Source: Eledone cirrhosa
Lineage: Eukaryota
NCBI GenBank assembly: GCA_964016885.1
Contig: OZ024742.1
Coordinates: 224,440,001-224,504,000, forward strand
DNA length: 64,000 nt
Direction of reading: 5' to 3'
The translations under genes and the position numbers were made by a program. Below the pieces are notes generated by a model. The model was not told the origin of the DNA and searched no databases. It saw only the letters and a list, made by a program, of their open reading frames with translations. Positions 1 to 13,580 of the stretch are shown here, piece by piece. The number at the start of each line of letters is the position of its first letter. The first letter of the stretch is position 1.

Positions 1-3
1 TGG

Positions 4-44
<41 letters not shown>

Positions 45-329
45 TTGATGGTTTACGATGGTGATGTTATTAATGTTGAAAATGATGATGATGTTGATAG
101 CTTATGGTGGCGATGTTGTTGATATTGATGATGATGCTGATGATGATGATGATAAAAAAGGAACCTGTGGGTCCTCGAAGTTGGTTACTTTCACTTACAA
201 AATGTTATAACATTCTATTTCACCCCTTCTACCCCTCCCCCCTTCACTCAAACACTACACCCTCTTCCCACCTCACCTACCTCTGTGTTTTAATATGGAC
301 AGCAAATGAAAACAGAACATCAATCACTG

Positions 330-363
<34 letters not shown>

Positions 364-1378
364 GTGCATATATATATACACAAACACATAAACACACATA
401 CACATAAACACACGCAAACACATAAACACACATAAACACACACACATATATATATATAACAATACACAGGTGGAGAGAAATTGGACATTCAACTGAATGA
501 ACGGACCTACCACGTTGTAAGGTGGAGGGGAAGACCGCACTGAGAGTGAATGACAGAGAGAGAGGGGAGAAGGGGAGAGAGGGAGAGAGAGAGAGAGAGA
601 GAGGAGAGAAAGGGAGGAAGTGACAGTCAGTGTGTGTATATGTGAGTGTATAGATTATCTCGGACCGGAAGTCGCGTTGTGTTCTTGGGCAAGATACTTT
701 ATTTCATCCTACTCCAGTCAACTTCACTGGAAAAAATGAGTTGTATTTGTAATTCAAAAGGCCAGTTTTTACACGCACTGTGTCATACTGAATCTCCCTG
801 AGAGCTATGTTAGGATACATGTGTTTGTGGACTATTCAGCCACTTTCACGTTAATTTCACAAGGAAGCTGTTTTGTTGCTCAAATAACGGGAACACATGT
901 GGGAACCGGTGAGGGTCGAACATAGCTTGAGGGCGAGTGTGTATCTGTGTTTGCAGAAGCAGCTTGACCAGAATAGGTCCCGGTTTCGATCTCACTATGC
1001 GACGTCTTGGGCGTGTGTGTATCATTTACCATAGCGTCAGGTCATCCCAAGCCTTGTGAGTGAAGTGAGGGTAAACAGCGACTGTCTGGAATCCCGCCCG
1101 ATGGATAGTATCTTCCTACTCCGTCTATTGGCTAAAGAAAGAAGTATAAATAATTTCTCTGTATTTTTAATTATCTATATTTCTACTTTATTTTATGTTA
1201 ATTGTTTCTGATGAAGACGGTGGGATGGATCTATAGTATCGAGACTAATAATATGGAGTTACATAACTACTATCGATTAATCACTATATCGATTTATCAT
1301 GATCAATCAACTTTCTGAAACGATCGTAAAATATTGAACTGATAAAGCATTAAACTTCGCCTTTTGTTTTCATTGCTC

Positions 1379-1428
<50 letters not shown>

Positions 1429-1432
1429 CGCA

Positions 1433-1485
<53 letters not shown>

Positions 1486-1632
1486 GCGCACATAGCTATG
1501 GGAATGTGTATAAATACCTTTTCATTAATATTTATAAAAAAATTAAGTACAAAGTGCGTGAAAATATTTTTAGTGTGTCAAAGGTAAAAACACGTTTAAG
1601 AACCACTGGTGGAGGAGTGTGTGTGTGTGTGT

Positions 1633-1677
<45 letters not shown>

Positions 1678-1769
1678 TTTGTGCGCGCGTGTGTGTGTTA
1701 GTCTGTGTGTGTATTAATGTATCAGCATGTGTGTATATTAATGTATTAGTCTGTGCATGTGCGCTGTGT

Positions 1770-2330
1770 TAGTCTGTGTGTGTATTGATGTGATTTTGTT
1801 GTGTGTTCATGTGTATTAGTGTGTTCATGTGTGTGTTACTCTGTGTGTTAATCTGTGTGTAAGTTTCTGTGTGTATTAATGTATGTGTTAGTATGTGTGT
1901 TAATGTGTGTGTGTTAGTCTCTGTATGTATTAATGTGTGTGTTAGTCTGTGTGTTAATGTGTGTGTTAGTTTCTGTATGTATTAATGTGTGTGTTACTCT
2001 GTGTGTTAATTTGTGTGTAAGTTTCTGTGTGTATTAATGTATGTGTTAGTATGTGTGTTAATGTGTGTGTGTTAGTCTCTGTATGTATTAATGTGTGTGT
2101 TAGTATGTGTGTTAATGTGTGTGTTAGTCTCTGTATGTATTAATGTGTGTGTTAGTCTGTGTGTTAATGTGTGTGTTAGTTTCTGTGTGTATTAATGTGT
2201 GTTAATGTGTGTGTTAGTCCCTGTATGTATTAATGCGTGTGTTAGTCTGTGTATTAATGTGTGTGTTAGTCTCTGTATGTATTAATATGTGTCAGTCTGT
2301 GAATGTATTAATGTGTGTTAGTATGTGTGG
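1770..2330. repeat. Degenerate GT-rich minisatellite (TGTGTGTTAATG/TTAGTC-type units)
   Basis: Recurrent gtgtgttaat / gtgtgttagt / tgtattaat units following a (GT)n tract. Confidence 0.8.
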
Positions 2331-2343
2331 GAGACTAAATAAT

Positions 2344-2432
2344 TGTTTCTACTTTTGGCACAAGGCCAGCAATTATCCCAGTGTATTACTGGTACTTTAT
2401 TTTATCGACCGCGTAAGGATGAAAGGCAAAGC
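2344..2432 (-). mobile_element. 5'-truncated SINE family A copy with 16-bp TSD
   Basis: 3' half of the family A consensus; TGGGAGACTAAATAAT on both sides (2328-2343 and 2433-2448). Confidence 0.9.
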
Positions 2433-2512
2433 TGGGAGACTAAATAATGGCTGAGTGTGAGATGACGTTTGACTAACTCGTTATTTCTCTTGTCATTTAT
2501 TCCTATCACCAA

Positions 2513-2577
<65 letters not shown>

Positions 2578-2692
2578 ACATAATCACTACAATCAAGTTC
2601 TATCACCACCACTACCACTTGTCACCACCACCACCAACACCAACATCACTACCACTACCAACACCACCACCTCAACCACTACTACTACTACA

Positions 2693-2756
<64 letters not shown>

Positions 2757-2779
2757 ACTTAATCACTACAGTGAAGGGG

Positions 2780-3010
2780 CAACCACCAGCACCACCACTG
2801 TAACCTCAACTATTACTACCACTGTTACCTTAACTACCACCGCCACTGTCACCTCAACTATTACTACCACTGTCACCTTAACTACCACCACCACTGTAAC
2901 CTCAACTATTACTACCACTGTCACCTTAACTACCACCGCCACTGTAACCTCAACTATTACTACCACTGTCACCTTAACTACCACCGCCACTGTCACCTCA
3001 ACTATCACCA
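2780..3010. repeat. About 42-bp tandem minisatellite
   Basis: Repeats of ccactgtaacctcaactattactaccactgtcaccttaactacca. Confidence 0.8.
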
Positions 3011-3156
3011 CTAGCTCCACCATTACCAATACGACCCTGAGGAACTGCAGCACCTTCAACTGCCACACTCACAACCACCATGCTAACAACTTCAACTACT
3101 ACTATCACGACCCCCTAATATAACAATTGCAACCAAACCCTGTGACACTATTCTTC

Positions 3157-4710
3157 ACCATCACCATCACCATCACCATCACCATCACCATCACCATCAC
3201 ACTCACCATCACACTCACCATCACCATCACCATCACCATCACCATCACACTCACCATCACCATCACCATCACAGTCACCATCACCATCACCATCACCATC
3301 ACCATCACCATCACCATCACATTCACTATCACCATCACCATCACCATCACCATCACACTCACAATCACCATCACACTCACCATCACCATCACCATCACAC
3401 TCACAATCACCATCACACTCACCATCACCATCACCATCACCATCACCATCACCATCACACTCACCATCACCATCACACTCACCATCACCATCACCATCAC
3501 CATCACACTCACCATCACACTCACCATCACCATCACCATCACCATCACACTCACCATCACCATCACCATCACCATCACCATCACCATCACACTCACCATC
3601 ACCATCACACTCACCATCACCATCACACTCACCATCACCATCACCATCACCATCACACTCACCATCACCATCACACTCACCATCACCATCACCATCACCA
3701 TCACACTCACCATCACACTCACCATCACCATCACCATCACCATCACCATCACCATCACACTCACCATGACACTCACCATCACCATCACCATCACCATCAC
3801 ACTCACCATCACCATCACCATCACCATCACCATCACACTCACCATCACCATCACACTCACCATCACCATCACACTCACCATCACCATCACACTCACCATC
3901 ACCATCACCATCACCATCACACTCACCATCACCATCACCATCACCATCACCATCACCATCACACTCACCATCACCATCACCATCACCATCACCATCACCA
4001 TCACCATCACACTCACCATCACACTCACCATCACCATCACCATCACCATCACACTCACCATCACCATCACCATCACCATCACCATCACCATCACCATCAC
4101 CATCACCATCACCATCACCATCACCATCACACTCACCATCACCATCACCATCACCATCACCATCACCATCACACTCACCATCACCATCACATTCACCATC
4201 ACCATCACACTCACCATCACACTCACCATCACCATCACCATCACACTCACCATCACACTCACCATCACCATCACCATCACCATCACCATCACCATCACCA
4301 TCACCATCACACTCACCATCACACTCACCATCACCATCACCATCACCATCACCATCACATTCACCATCACCATCACCATCACCATCACCATCACCATCAC
4401 CATCACACTCACCATCACCATCACACTCACCATCACCATCACCATCACCATCACCATCACCATCACACTCACCATCACCATCACCATCACCATCACCATC
4501 ACACTCACCATCACCATCACCTTCACCATCACCATCACACTCACCATCACCATCACCATCACCATCACACTCACCATCACCATCACCATCACCATCACAC
4601 TCACCATCACCATCACCATCACCATCACACTCACCATCACCATCACACTCACCATCACCATCACCATCACCATCACACTCACCATCACCATCACCATCAC
4701 ACTCACCATA
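3157..4710. repeat. (ACCATC)n hexamer array with ACACTC variants
   Basis: About 1.5 kb of ACCATC; the source of the spurious 560 aa and 747 aa ORFs. Confidence 0.97.
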
Positions 4711-4789
4711 ACATCAATAACTACTACGATCGCCAACACCACAACTGTCACAACTACCACCACTAACATAGCTATTACAATCAACACCC

Positions 4790-5370
4790 TCTACCACCAC
4801 TACCACCACTACCACCACTACCACCACTATCACCACTACCACCACTACCACCACTATCACCACTACCACCACTACCACCACTACCACCACTACCACCACT
4901 ACCACCACTACCACCACTATCACCACTACCACCACTACCACCACTATCACCACTACCACCACTACCACCACTACCACCACTATCACCACTACCACCACTA
5001 CCACCACTACCACCACTACCACCACTATCACCACTACCACCACTACCACCACTGCCACCACTATCACCACTACCACCACTACCATCACTACCACCACTAT
5101 CACCACTACCACCACTACCACCACTACCACCACTACCACCACTACCACCACTACCATCACTACCACCTCTACCACCACTACCACCACTACCACCACTACC
5201 ACCACTACCACCACGATCACCACTACCACCACTACCACCACTACCACCACTACCACCACTATCACCACTACCACCACTACCACCATTACTACCACCACCA
5301 CCACCACCACCACCACTACCACCACCACAACTACCACCACCACAACCACCATCACCACAACCACCTCTAA
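4790..5370. repeat. (CACCACTAC)n 9-bp array
   Basis: Directly visible tandem nonamer. Confidence 0.95.
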
Positions 5371-5636
5371 TATAGACGTTACAATCAAGGCCTGTCACAC
5401 CAGCTTCCACCATCACAACAACAACAGCTACCGCCATCCCCACCACCTTTACAATAACCACTGCCCCCTCCCCCCCATATTCTAGAAGCCGAGGGCCGTC
5501 AAAGTTGTCATGAAATGTGACAAGCAAGATCCCCTAAAATAATCGGGGATGGATGGGATGAAATTCCCAAAGTTAACCATCAAGGTCTCTTTCTCCCTCC
5601 CTCCCCATTCCCTCTCACTCCCCTCACTCTCTCGTT

Positions 5637-5667
<31 letters not shown>

Positions 5668-7439
5668 ACATACAGATACACACAGACACGCATGTACACA
5701 CAGGAAGACACTTGTCAATTTACACCTGTCTGGCCAGGTATGTCTTCTGTTTTGTTCACTAGGTCAAACATCCACCTGTCTTGAAGGGAAAAAAAGAAGG
5801 GCGGGTGAGGGTTATGATAGTTAGAGAACAACTCCCTAAACCCCAAACTTTCAACAACCTCCTCTACCACCACCACCAACACCACCACCACCAACACGAC
5901 CACCACCTCTAATATAGCTATTACTATCAATCCCTGTCATGCCATGCTCCACCATCACAACATCAACACCACAACTACCACCACATCCTCAACTCCCCTA
6001 GCACAACCACCACCCCTCAATACGTCTCCAAACCTGACAACTGTTGATCGGGGAGAGGGAGGGCATGTGGCACTCTAGTTGTTTGTCTGACTTCTGATTA
6101 AGGTTTTTCGAAAACTTTCTGTTTTTAATTCACGTCGTTTGTCCTCAACAACAAGAATAGACCCTTCCCGACCCCTTGACAAATACAAACCTGAACTAAC
6201 CCCATTCTCAAATTACCTATCACTCTAGCAAGGTGGTGAATTGACACATTTGTTAGAGCCAGTGGACAAAATATATGTTGGAAAATACGTGAGTTCGGTT
6301 CGATCCCTGCGGTGTGTTGAGAAAGACACTATTTCACGTTGCTCAAGTTTACTCAGATGGAAAGAAATTATTTGAACCAGTGATTCGAGATCAAACTTGG
6401 TTACACAACGTGTCATGATGCATCTCCTCGACGACTACAGCAAGTGTACACGTGTCACAATATATGTTGTTATTGGGTCATTGATTCACGATAGTAAAAG
6501 GCCAGGAGTTCGATTTTAGATACGACGCGACGTGTTGTGTCGTTGAGAAAGACATTTCATTTCACGTTGCTACACTCCGTTAAGCTGCATAAAATAAATT
6601 GTAACTGTAATTCAAAGGGCCAGCCTAGTCACACTGGGAACTACGTTAACCCTTTAGCATTTACATTACTCTATATATACTATTGTATTTTCATGGTAAA
6701 AGCTTTATCTTACATAATTATCTCACATAATATCGAATCTACAAGATTTTGATGTTATTTATTTTGAAAATAATACTTTCACATCAGTATAAGTAGCCAG
6801 TTACAACTGGTTTGAACAGAAAGAGGTGGGAGAACTCTGGCTGGATACGGCCGGTTTAAATGCTAAAGGGTTAAGGGTACAAGTTTCTACTCAGCTGGAA
6901 AAAATCATTTTTTTTTGTCTGTAATTTAAAAGTTCTACCCTGTCACACATTGTCATTTTGAATCTCCCTGAGAATTGCAGTAAAGCTAATCGGGACAAAA
7001 TATGTTGTCGGTAGGTGTTTGGCTCATGATCGTAAAAAGGACGTGAGTTTGGTTCCCACCGGCGCGTTGTGTCCTTCAGTCCATTTATCTGAATCTCCCT
7101 GAGAACTATGTTAAGGGAGTGTATGTCACAATATATGTTATTGGTGGTTGTTCGGCTTACGATCGTAGAAGGTCGTGAGTTTGATTCAAGCCTCGGCGCC
7201 GTACGTCGTGTTTTAAGCATGACACTTTATTTCAAGTTGCTACAGTCTGCTCAGCTTGTTCCACATTGTGTCACGTTGAATCTCCCGAGAACTGCTGAAT
7301 CTCCTGAGAACTACTAAGGGTACATGTGTCAAGGCAATGCTAAGCTACTTGCTCAATAATTTCATAAGCAGGTTGTTCCATCGGTTTAACAAGTGGAAAA
7401 TTAGTCGTCGGAATCGACAGAGGTCTAACTCCTATTTCC

Positions 7440-7537
<98 letters not shown>

Positions 7538-7552
7538 TACACACACACACAG

Positions 7553-7583
<31 letters not shown>

Positions 7584-7687
7584 AGAGAGACAGACAAAGT
7601 ATGGTTATGGGTGGAACGCTCTTTAATATTGGTCGACTGAATCACCGCTGCCTTGTGTCAAAACAAATTACTACTCCTACTACTCCT

Positions 7688-7757
<70 letters not shown>

Positions 7758-7926
7758 ACCACTTACCTACCCAATTACTTACCCAAGTGCCTATATAATC
7801 CTCTACTTATCTGACTACCCACGAAGGTACCTGCCAACAATCCTATCCTATCCTATCTATCTACCTATCTATCTACCTATCCATCTCTTTCTCCCCTCCC
7901 CTCCCCCTCTCTCTCTCTCTCTCTCC

Positions 7927-7957
<31 letters not shown>

Positions 7958-8774
7958 ACTATATATATATATATCCGTCTCTCTTTCCCTTCCCCTCTCT
8001 CTCTATATATTTCAAATACTTCCTTTATCCACACCATTCTATCTATTAACCTTCCTTCCACCCGATCTAGTAAGTCGTATTACAGACAGTCTGAGACTGT
8101 CACTGGCCTGATATAAATCTCCCCACTTTTACGTTTCCACCACCCAATCTGTAGCCTGCCATCTTAATTATAGAAGACATTTTAAAATTTCAAAAATACA
8201 ATTGACATTCTTGTACCCGTTTACCTTAGAGGACAGATTAACGACCACCACACACCAGAGGAAGGGCGGAAGGCAAAGTCGATAAAGCATTGGTCTAATC
8301 TGTGAAATTTGGTTACGTATCATTTTTTTTTAGATCAAATCCAACAAATGGGTCTTATCTTTTTGCTAGAAATCATAGCCAAATGTCACTCAAATAACAC
8401 GCTACCACTCAGCCGTCCAAGCCTTTACCATTGGTGGCATATTAAAAAAATATTAAGGAAATAAATGAATAAATAAATAGATATCATATCAGGTGTCACC
8501 TCTGACTGGGTTGTCAGATGTTAAATATACTCCACAGCCAAACATTGATTATATTTAGCTTGATTTTGCGATACATTCACAGCAGTGATTCTCAAAGGGG
8601 AGGCAACTAGCTCCCAGGGAAGGATGTTTAGCAAAGAGAAGAATTGGAGAGACACCATAAGCGGAAAAGAATACTGTACATTGTGTATATAGCAAATGGA
8701 ATATCAATATACCTATCTATTGCGTACATTGTGTATATATCAAATGAAATATCTATATACCCAACTGTAGTATA

Positions 8775-8852
<78 letters not shown>

Positions 8853-9173
8853 AATGAAATACAAATATACCCAACTATAATGTACATTGTGTGTATATCA
8901 AATGAAATACCAATATACCCAACTATAATATATCTACTTATATATATAACCACCAATTTCTCTATCTGTCTGTCCGACAGTGGAAACACGTGCGTAGAGA
9001 GAGAGAGTGAGAGTGAAAGAAAGAGACAGACTACGAGAGGGCGATAGCGGGAGGGAGAGAGGGAGAGAGAGAGAGTGAATAGACGCTAAAACACGTGCTA
9101 CAGAAACATTACCTTCCCCTCTCCACTGACTTTGGTCACTGAGGCCGAGGGAATCGCGCTGAGCGCGTCATAA

Positions 9174-9453
9174 TGACGTAATGCAGACAGCCAGACATAC
9201 AGACAGATATTATAAGGGCGCAACGTTATATCTATGTATCTATCTAAAAAGAAAGACTAAGAATTATATAGAGAGAACGCCAAATCGCCTAATGTGGTCC
9301 CTAGGGTATTGAAAATTTGAAATAATATTTGCTCAAAACACTCACAGGACCATAAGTATTACATGTCTAAAGTTTGAAAACAATCGGTTGGATGGTTCTC
9401 AAATTTTAGTGAGCTGACAGACAGACATACATTCTCTGTTTTAGATATATCGA
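9174..9453 (-). mobile_element. Non-autonomous Helitron 5' portion, head-to-head with the copy at 9491
   Basis: Minus strand starts TCGATATATCTAAAACAGAGAATGTATGTCTGTCTG and is a diverged inverted copy of 9491-9779. Confidence 0.65.
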
Positions 9454-9490
9454 CTAGCAGAAAACCGCCCCCCGAGTGGTTTTCTGCTAG

Positions 9491-10079
9491 TCTATATATA
9501 TAAAACTGAGGATGTCTGTCTGTGTGTGTGTGAGTTTGAATCCCTAAAACTAGAGAAGCACCTAACCGACTGTTTTCAAACTTTACACATGTAATACTTA
9601 TGTTTCAGGGAGTGTTCTGAGCAAAAACAATTTCAAATTTTCAATGCCCTAGGGACCGCATCAGGTGATTTAGCGATCTCTCTCTATAATTCTTAGTCTT
9701 TCTTTATTTAGATAGATACATACATATAACGTCGCGCCCTTATATCTGTCTGTATGCCTGGCTGTCTGCATTACGTTACTTCCTACAATTCGCTCTGCGT
9801 CCAGAACGTGCCCTTATAATATCTGTCTGTATGTCTGGCTGTCTGCTGCCTCCGGTTATTCTGCCACCCTTGCTCAAGACAAATCTCACACTCATTCCCC
9901 AAACAGTTGGTAAGTGCACACAACTTCTTCCTCACGTTTTAAGCCACAGTGTTGCTTACTTACGTACCACCAGACCCTTGCTTCTTTTCCAGCCGTGGTT
10001 GTGGCAATACTAAGCTTAGCTAAAGCGGTTATATATTTCATAATACCTTATCCCGTGCAACGCCGGGTACCACTGCTAG
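9491..10079 (+). mobile_element. Non-autonomous Helitron
   Basis: 5' TCTATATATATAAAACTGAGG..GTCTGTCTG; 3' hairpin CCCGTGCAACGCCGGG then CTAG|T; same termini as 22372-23239. Confidence 0.8.
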
Positions 10080-10668
10080 TATTGTATATATATAGTAAAC
10101 GAAATACCCATATCCTCAGCTATAGGGGTGATCACAGTTTGCAAAAAAAAAAAAATGTTGCTTCGGACTTAATCCTGTTTGGGACTATACAGTTATTTGA
10201 AAAACTTGCTTATAGTAATATGGTGTTTGGGTGAAAAATTATTAGAAGACAACTCAAAATAGAGATTAATTGAGAAAGTATGGTCTTACAAGGGGTGGAA
10301 TGTGATCCGGGTTTCTGAGTCTTTGATCTAAAGATTATAAGTGGTATATTAAAGAGTCTCAAGACACATGTAGACATTATCGGCGACACTCTAAAGTGTC
10401 ATGAGTCATGACACTCAGTTTGGAAAGCCCCGCCTTTTGTTTCAAACAATGAAGTTCACAGTAAATAATGTGTAGTCCTAGATACACCATACTTGAGTAA
10501 ACAGATAGGATAATCACTAAAAGAATATCTTAGATTATATGACTGTTCGTTAAGAGTTTTCCTGAAGCTAGACAAAAACAAAACAAGTACTATATATAAT
10601 TGAATATAATATTGAAAGTGTTGCCCCAGTATGGGCTTAGTTCAGTGTATGAAACAAGAAAAATGATG

Positions 10669-10885
10669 GTTTCTGATTTTGGCACAATGCCAACAATTTT
10701 TTGGGGGAAGCAGAAAGTCGAGTAAATCGATCTCAGTGTATTACTGGATCTTTATTTTATCGATTCCGATGGGTGAAAGGCAAAGCTAATCTCAGCAGGA
10801 TTTGAACTCAGAACGTAAAGGGACGTAACTATATGCCGCAAAGGATGGTGCATAACGCTCTACCGATACTGCCAATCCCCCACCC
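10669..10885 (-). mobile_element. SINE family A, long variant, diverged
   Basis: A-box TGGCAGTATCGG and B-box GAGTTCAAATCC on minus; extra GGGGAAG..AGTCGA insert as in the 53311 copy. Confidence 0.85.
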
Positions 10886-11622
10886 TTCAAACAAGTAACA
10901 TAATAAACAAGTACCATTTTAACGTCTTTCATTTTATTTAACTTAAATCTGTTTTCTAAACAAGCAAGGCCACCCGATCGATCTTTTAAGTCTTTCATAT
11001 GGTCACTCCCTTGATAATGGCTTTTTAAACCCGAAAATATTTGGGATCGTTAAATTTGCTAAGGTAAGATTCTTTTGTTATCTTGGCAATTTAATGTTCT
11101 TCATACGCATTGTTAATTTTAACCCTTCTGTTGAGAACTCTATTCGATTTCTGATGTTTTTGCATTCTTGCAAAGACATACACAACTGAATTCATTCGCC
11201 TGATATAGGGGTTGCCTCCCTTGCCGATCCCCACGTGGGGTCAGCAATAGTCAGTCCTTGTATTAACATTGAACTAAAACCTGTTGAGAAAGTGGCTTCC
11301 TTGTTCAATCATCATACCAGAAGCCTAACATTATTTATGTAAGTGGACAGTACTTGATTTAGGAGCCGCAGAAACCCAAATAATGGGTTTTACCAACCTT
11401 CCAGGGGTTCGGGTAAATTTTCAATCACAGATATTTTTTATTTGTTTGACCCGAATTACTTGATCGTTTTTTTGGCTATGCGAATGATTGTTTAACCATC
11501 GTGTCTCAGTGTGTTTGGCCTTTAACGTTTGTTATAGCTCTGGTTCATCTGAATCATTGAGCACTTGCCACACATCTCGGAGGTTGTTTTTCGTTATTTC
11601 GTGGGCCAAAATGCGATTCTCG

Positions 11623-11841
11623 ATAACGAAGGAGTTGTGGTAAGGAAACAGATGAACCATAACGCACCAGAGTACTCAATACTTAGGGTAGTAGAGTGGG
11701 TAATAGGAAAATGTATGACCCCGCCGGCAGAGCTCAAGCCGTTTCGACGGCTATTTCTGGACCTTCTTATTTCTGAACCAGAAATAGCCGTCGTAACAGC
11801 TTGAGCTCTGCCGTCGAGGTCATACATTTACATTTTCCTAT
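11623..11841 (-). mobile_element. Fold-back element family P1 (half-hammerhead palindrome)
   Basis: Inverted repeat 11703-11841 ending in (TA)n; arms carry decayed copies of GAAA-CGGC..GCCG-TC-GGGGTC; related copies at 20493, 38030, 43035, 49710 and 50504. Confidence 0.85.
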
Positions 11842-11920
11842 ATATATATAGAGAGAGAGAAAGAGATAGATAGATATATAAGTAAATATACACGGGTGTG
11901 TATGATTGTGTATAGAAGAT

Positions 11921-12317
11921 TATATTAATAAAAGGAATTCCAACTTTGTCTGATTTACTCGTTTTATTTACAATCCTTTAAAATTTATAATGGTATTAGA
12001 ATGAAATAGTATGGTAGAATATTAAATCTTAAGTGTTAATTGAACAAGTACTTTCATGCTTTCGCAATCTTCAGGTTCATATTCTGTGGTGACAGTCAAG
12101 TTTGCAATTTTCAACTGTGACAGTTGAAAATTGCAAACTTGACTGTCACCACACATTATGAACCTGAAGATTGCGAAAGCATGAAAGTACTTGTTTAATT
12201 AACACTTAACATTTAATATTCTACCATAGTATTTCATTCTAATTCCATTATAAATTTTAAAGGATTGTAAATAAAACGAGTAAATCAGACAAAGTTGGAA
12301 TTCCTTTTATTAATATA
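11921..12317. mobile_element. Near-perfect ~400-bp palindrome with an HHR in each arm
   Basis: Arms of about 198 bp, centre at 12119 (CAACTGT-G-ACAGTTG), right end runs into (TA)n. Confidence 0.9.
12159..12197 (+). ncRNA. Minimal type I hammerhead ribozyme (mirror copy 12041-12079 on minus)
   Basis: TGAAC-CTGAAGA-tTGC GAAA GCAt-GAA-AGTACT-T-GTT(C/T)A: stem I TGAAC/GTTCA, GNRA-capped stem II, palindromic stem III AGTACT. Confidence 0.75.
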
Positions 12318-12447
12318 TATATATATATATATATACATAAATAAAATCAAAATGGATTCAGTAAAAACCTGTTAGACCATTACTGACAAGAGTACTCGAT
12401 ACATACATATATATATATATATCCGAGTGTGTGTCTCTGTGTGTGCA

Positions 12448-12496
<49 letters not shown>

Positions 12497-12537
12497 ATGA
12501 TATTAATAAATGGAAACTATATTTATAAAACCATATT

Positions 12538-12598
12538 TATTCTATTATATATATTTCAAGGGTATCAAAACTTTGGTACGCCCTCATCAGATAAAATA
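12538..12598 (-). ncRNA. Type I hammerhead ribozyme
   Basis: Minus strand reads TATTTTAT-CTGATGA-GGGCGTACCAAAGTTTTGATACCCTT-GAAA-TATATA-T-A-ATAGAATA; same family as the palindrome centred at 51240. Confidence 0.7.
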
Positions 12599-13357
12599 CA
12601 AAGTTTGTTTTATAAATATTGACATATCCAGGAAGCGTATCTTAACGGTTCAAGTTTCTCCTGGATAGTAAAAGGAAAAAGGGGAAAGAGAGGAAATATC
12701 AAATATTTCAAATTATTAAGATAAATATGCAAATGAGGTTGAGGTATAGGGCTGAAAAAAACGTTATTTTTAGACGCTAGGTAGATTTAAATAATTATTA
12801 GGATATATATATGTATATATGTATGTATATATATATATATGTTATGTATATATATATACGTGTGTAAATATTTCTAGCGTGGGAGAGTGTCTGTCTATAA
12901 GGGAGCATGTCGATGTATATATGTGTGTATGGTTTAGAAACAGGATCTGTAAGTGCAAATGTAAATATATTAGAGATTTAAGGGAATTAATCCCCTTTTG
13001 AAGGAGATCGGTTGAACAGTAGTGTGTTATGAGTACCATATGGGAGCAATGAGGATTTAACAGTATCCATAGATCTCACAGGACGATAGGAGAGAAGTAT
13101 TTAATATAGGAAATATCTGACACCTACTAACTAATATGACATGCTGGCGTCTTACGTCGAGTTGGCTTTAACGAAGATTTAAGAGCATCAGACACAGAGA
13201 CGATAAAGGAGAGAAGGACAAATGCCTAGGTGGTAGTTCAGGATCGCTGGATGTCGTCAATATTACATTGAACGTTCGGAGATTGAAAGAAAACAAAATC
13301 GTGCACAAGCACACTCGCACACACACACACAGACACAGACACACAGACACACACACA

Positions 13358-13406
<49 letters not shown>

Positions 13407-13541
13407 GCGCCTACAAGCACACAGTTTCTTGAATATTTCATAATAGGAAAGAATGAGCCCTCGATATATAAACATGGAAATTAATGTTCATAATGATTAT
13501 ATATATATATATTTAACCCATACCTTATAAAATTAGTTGTT

Positions 13542-13580
<39 letters not shown>

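Noticed and set aside
1200-1260. CTGATGA..GAGAC hammerhead-like motif
   Set aside because: GAAA is broken and I could not form stems I and III.
3105-5527. Long ORFs of 560, 747, 224 and 248 aa
   Set aside because: Translations of ACCATC and CACCACTAC arrays, open on both strands only because the repeats lack stop codons.
10900-11620. Complex non-repetitive stretch, possible exon or transposase fragment (also 39845-40345)
   Set aside because: No sustained ORF or motif that I could recognise; needs BLASTx.
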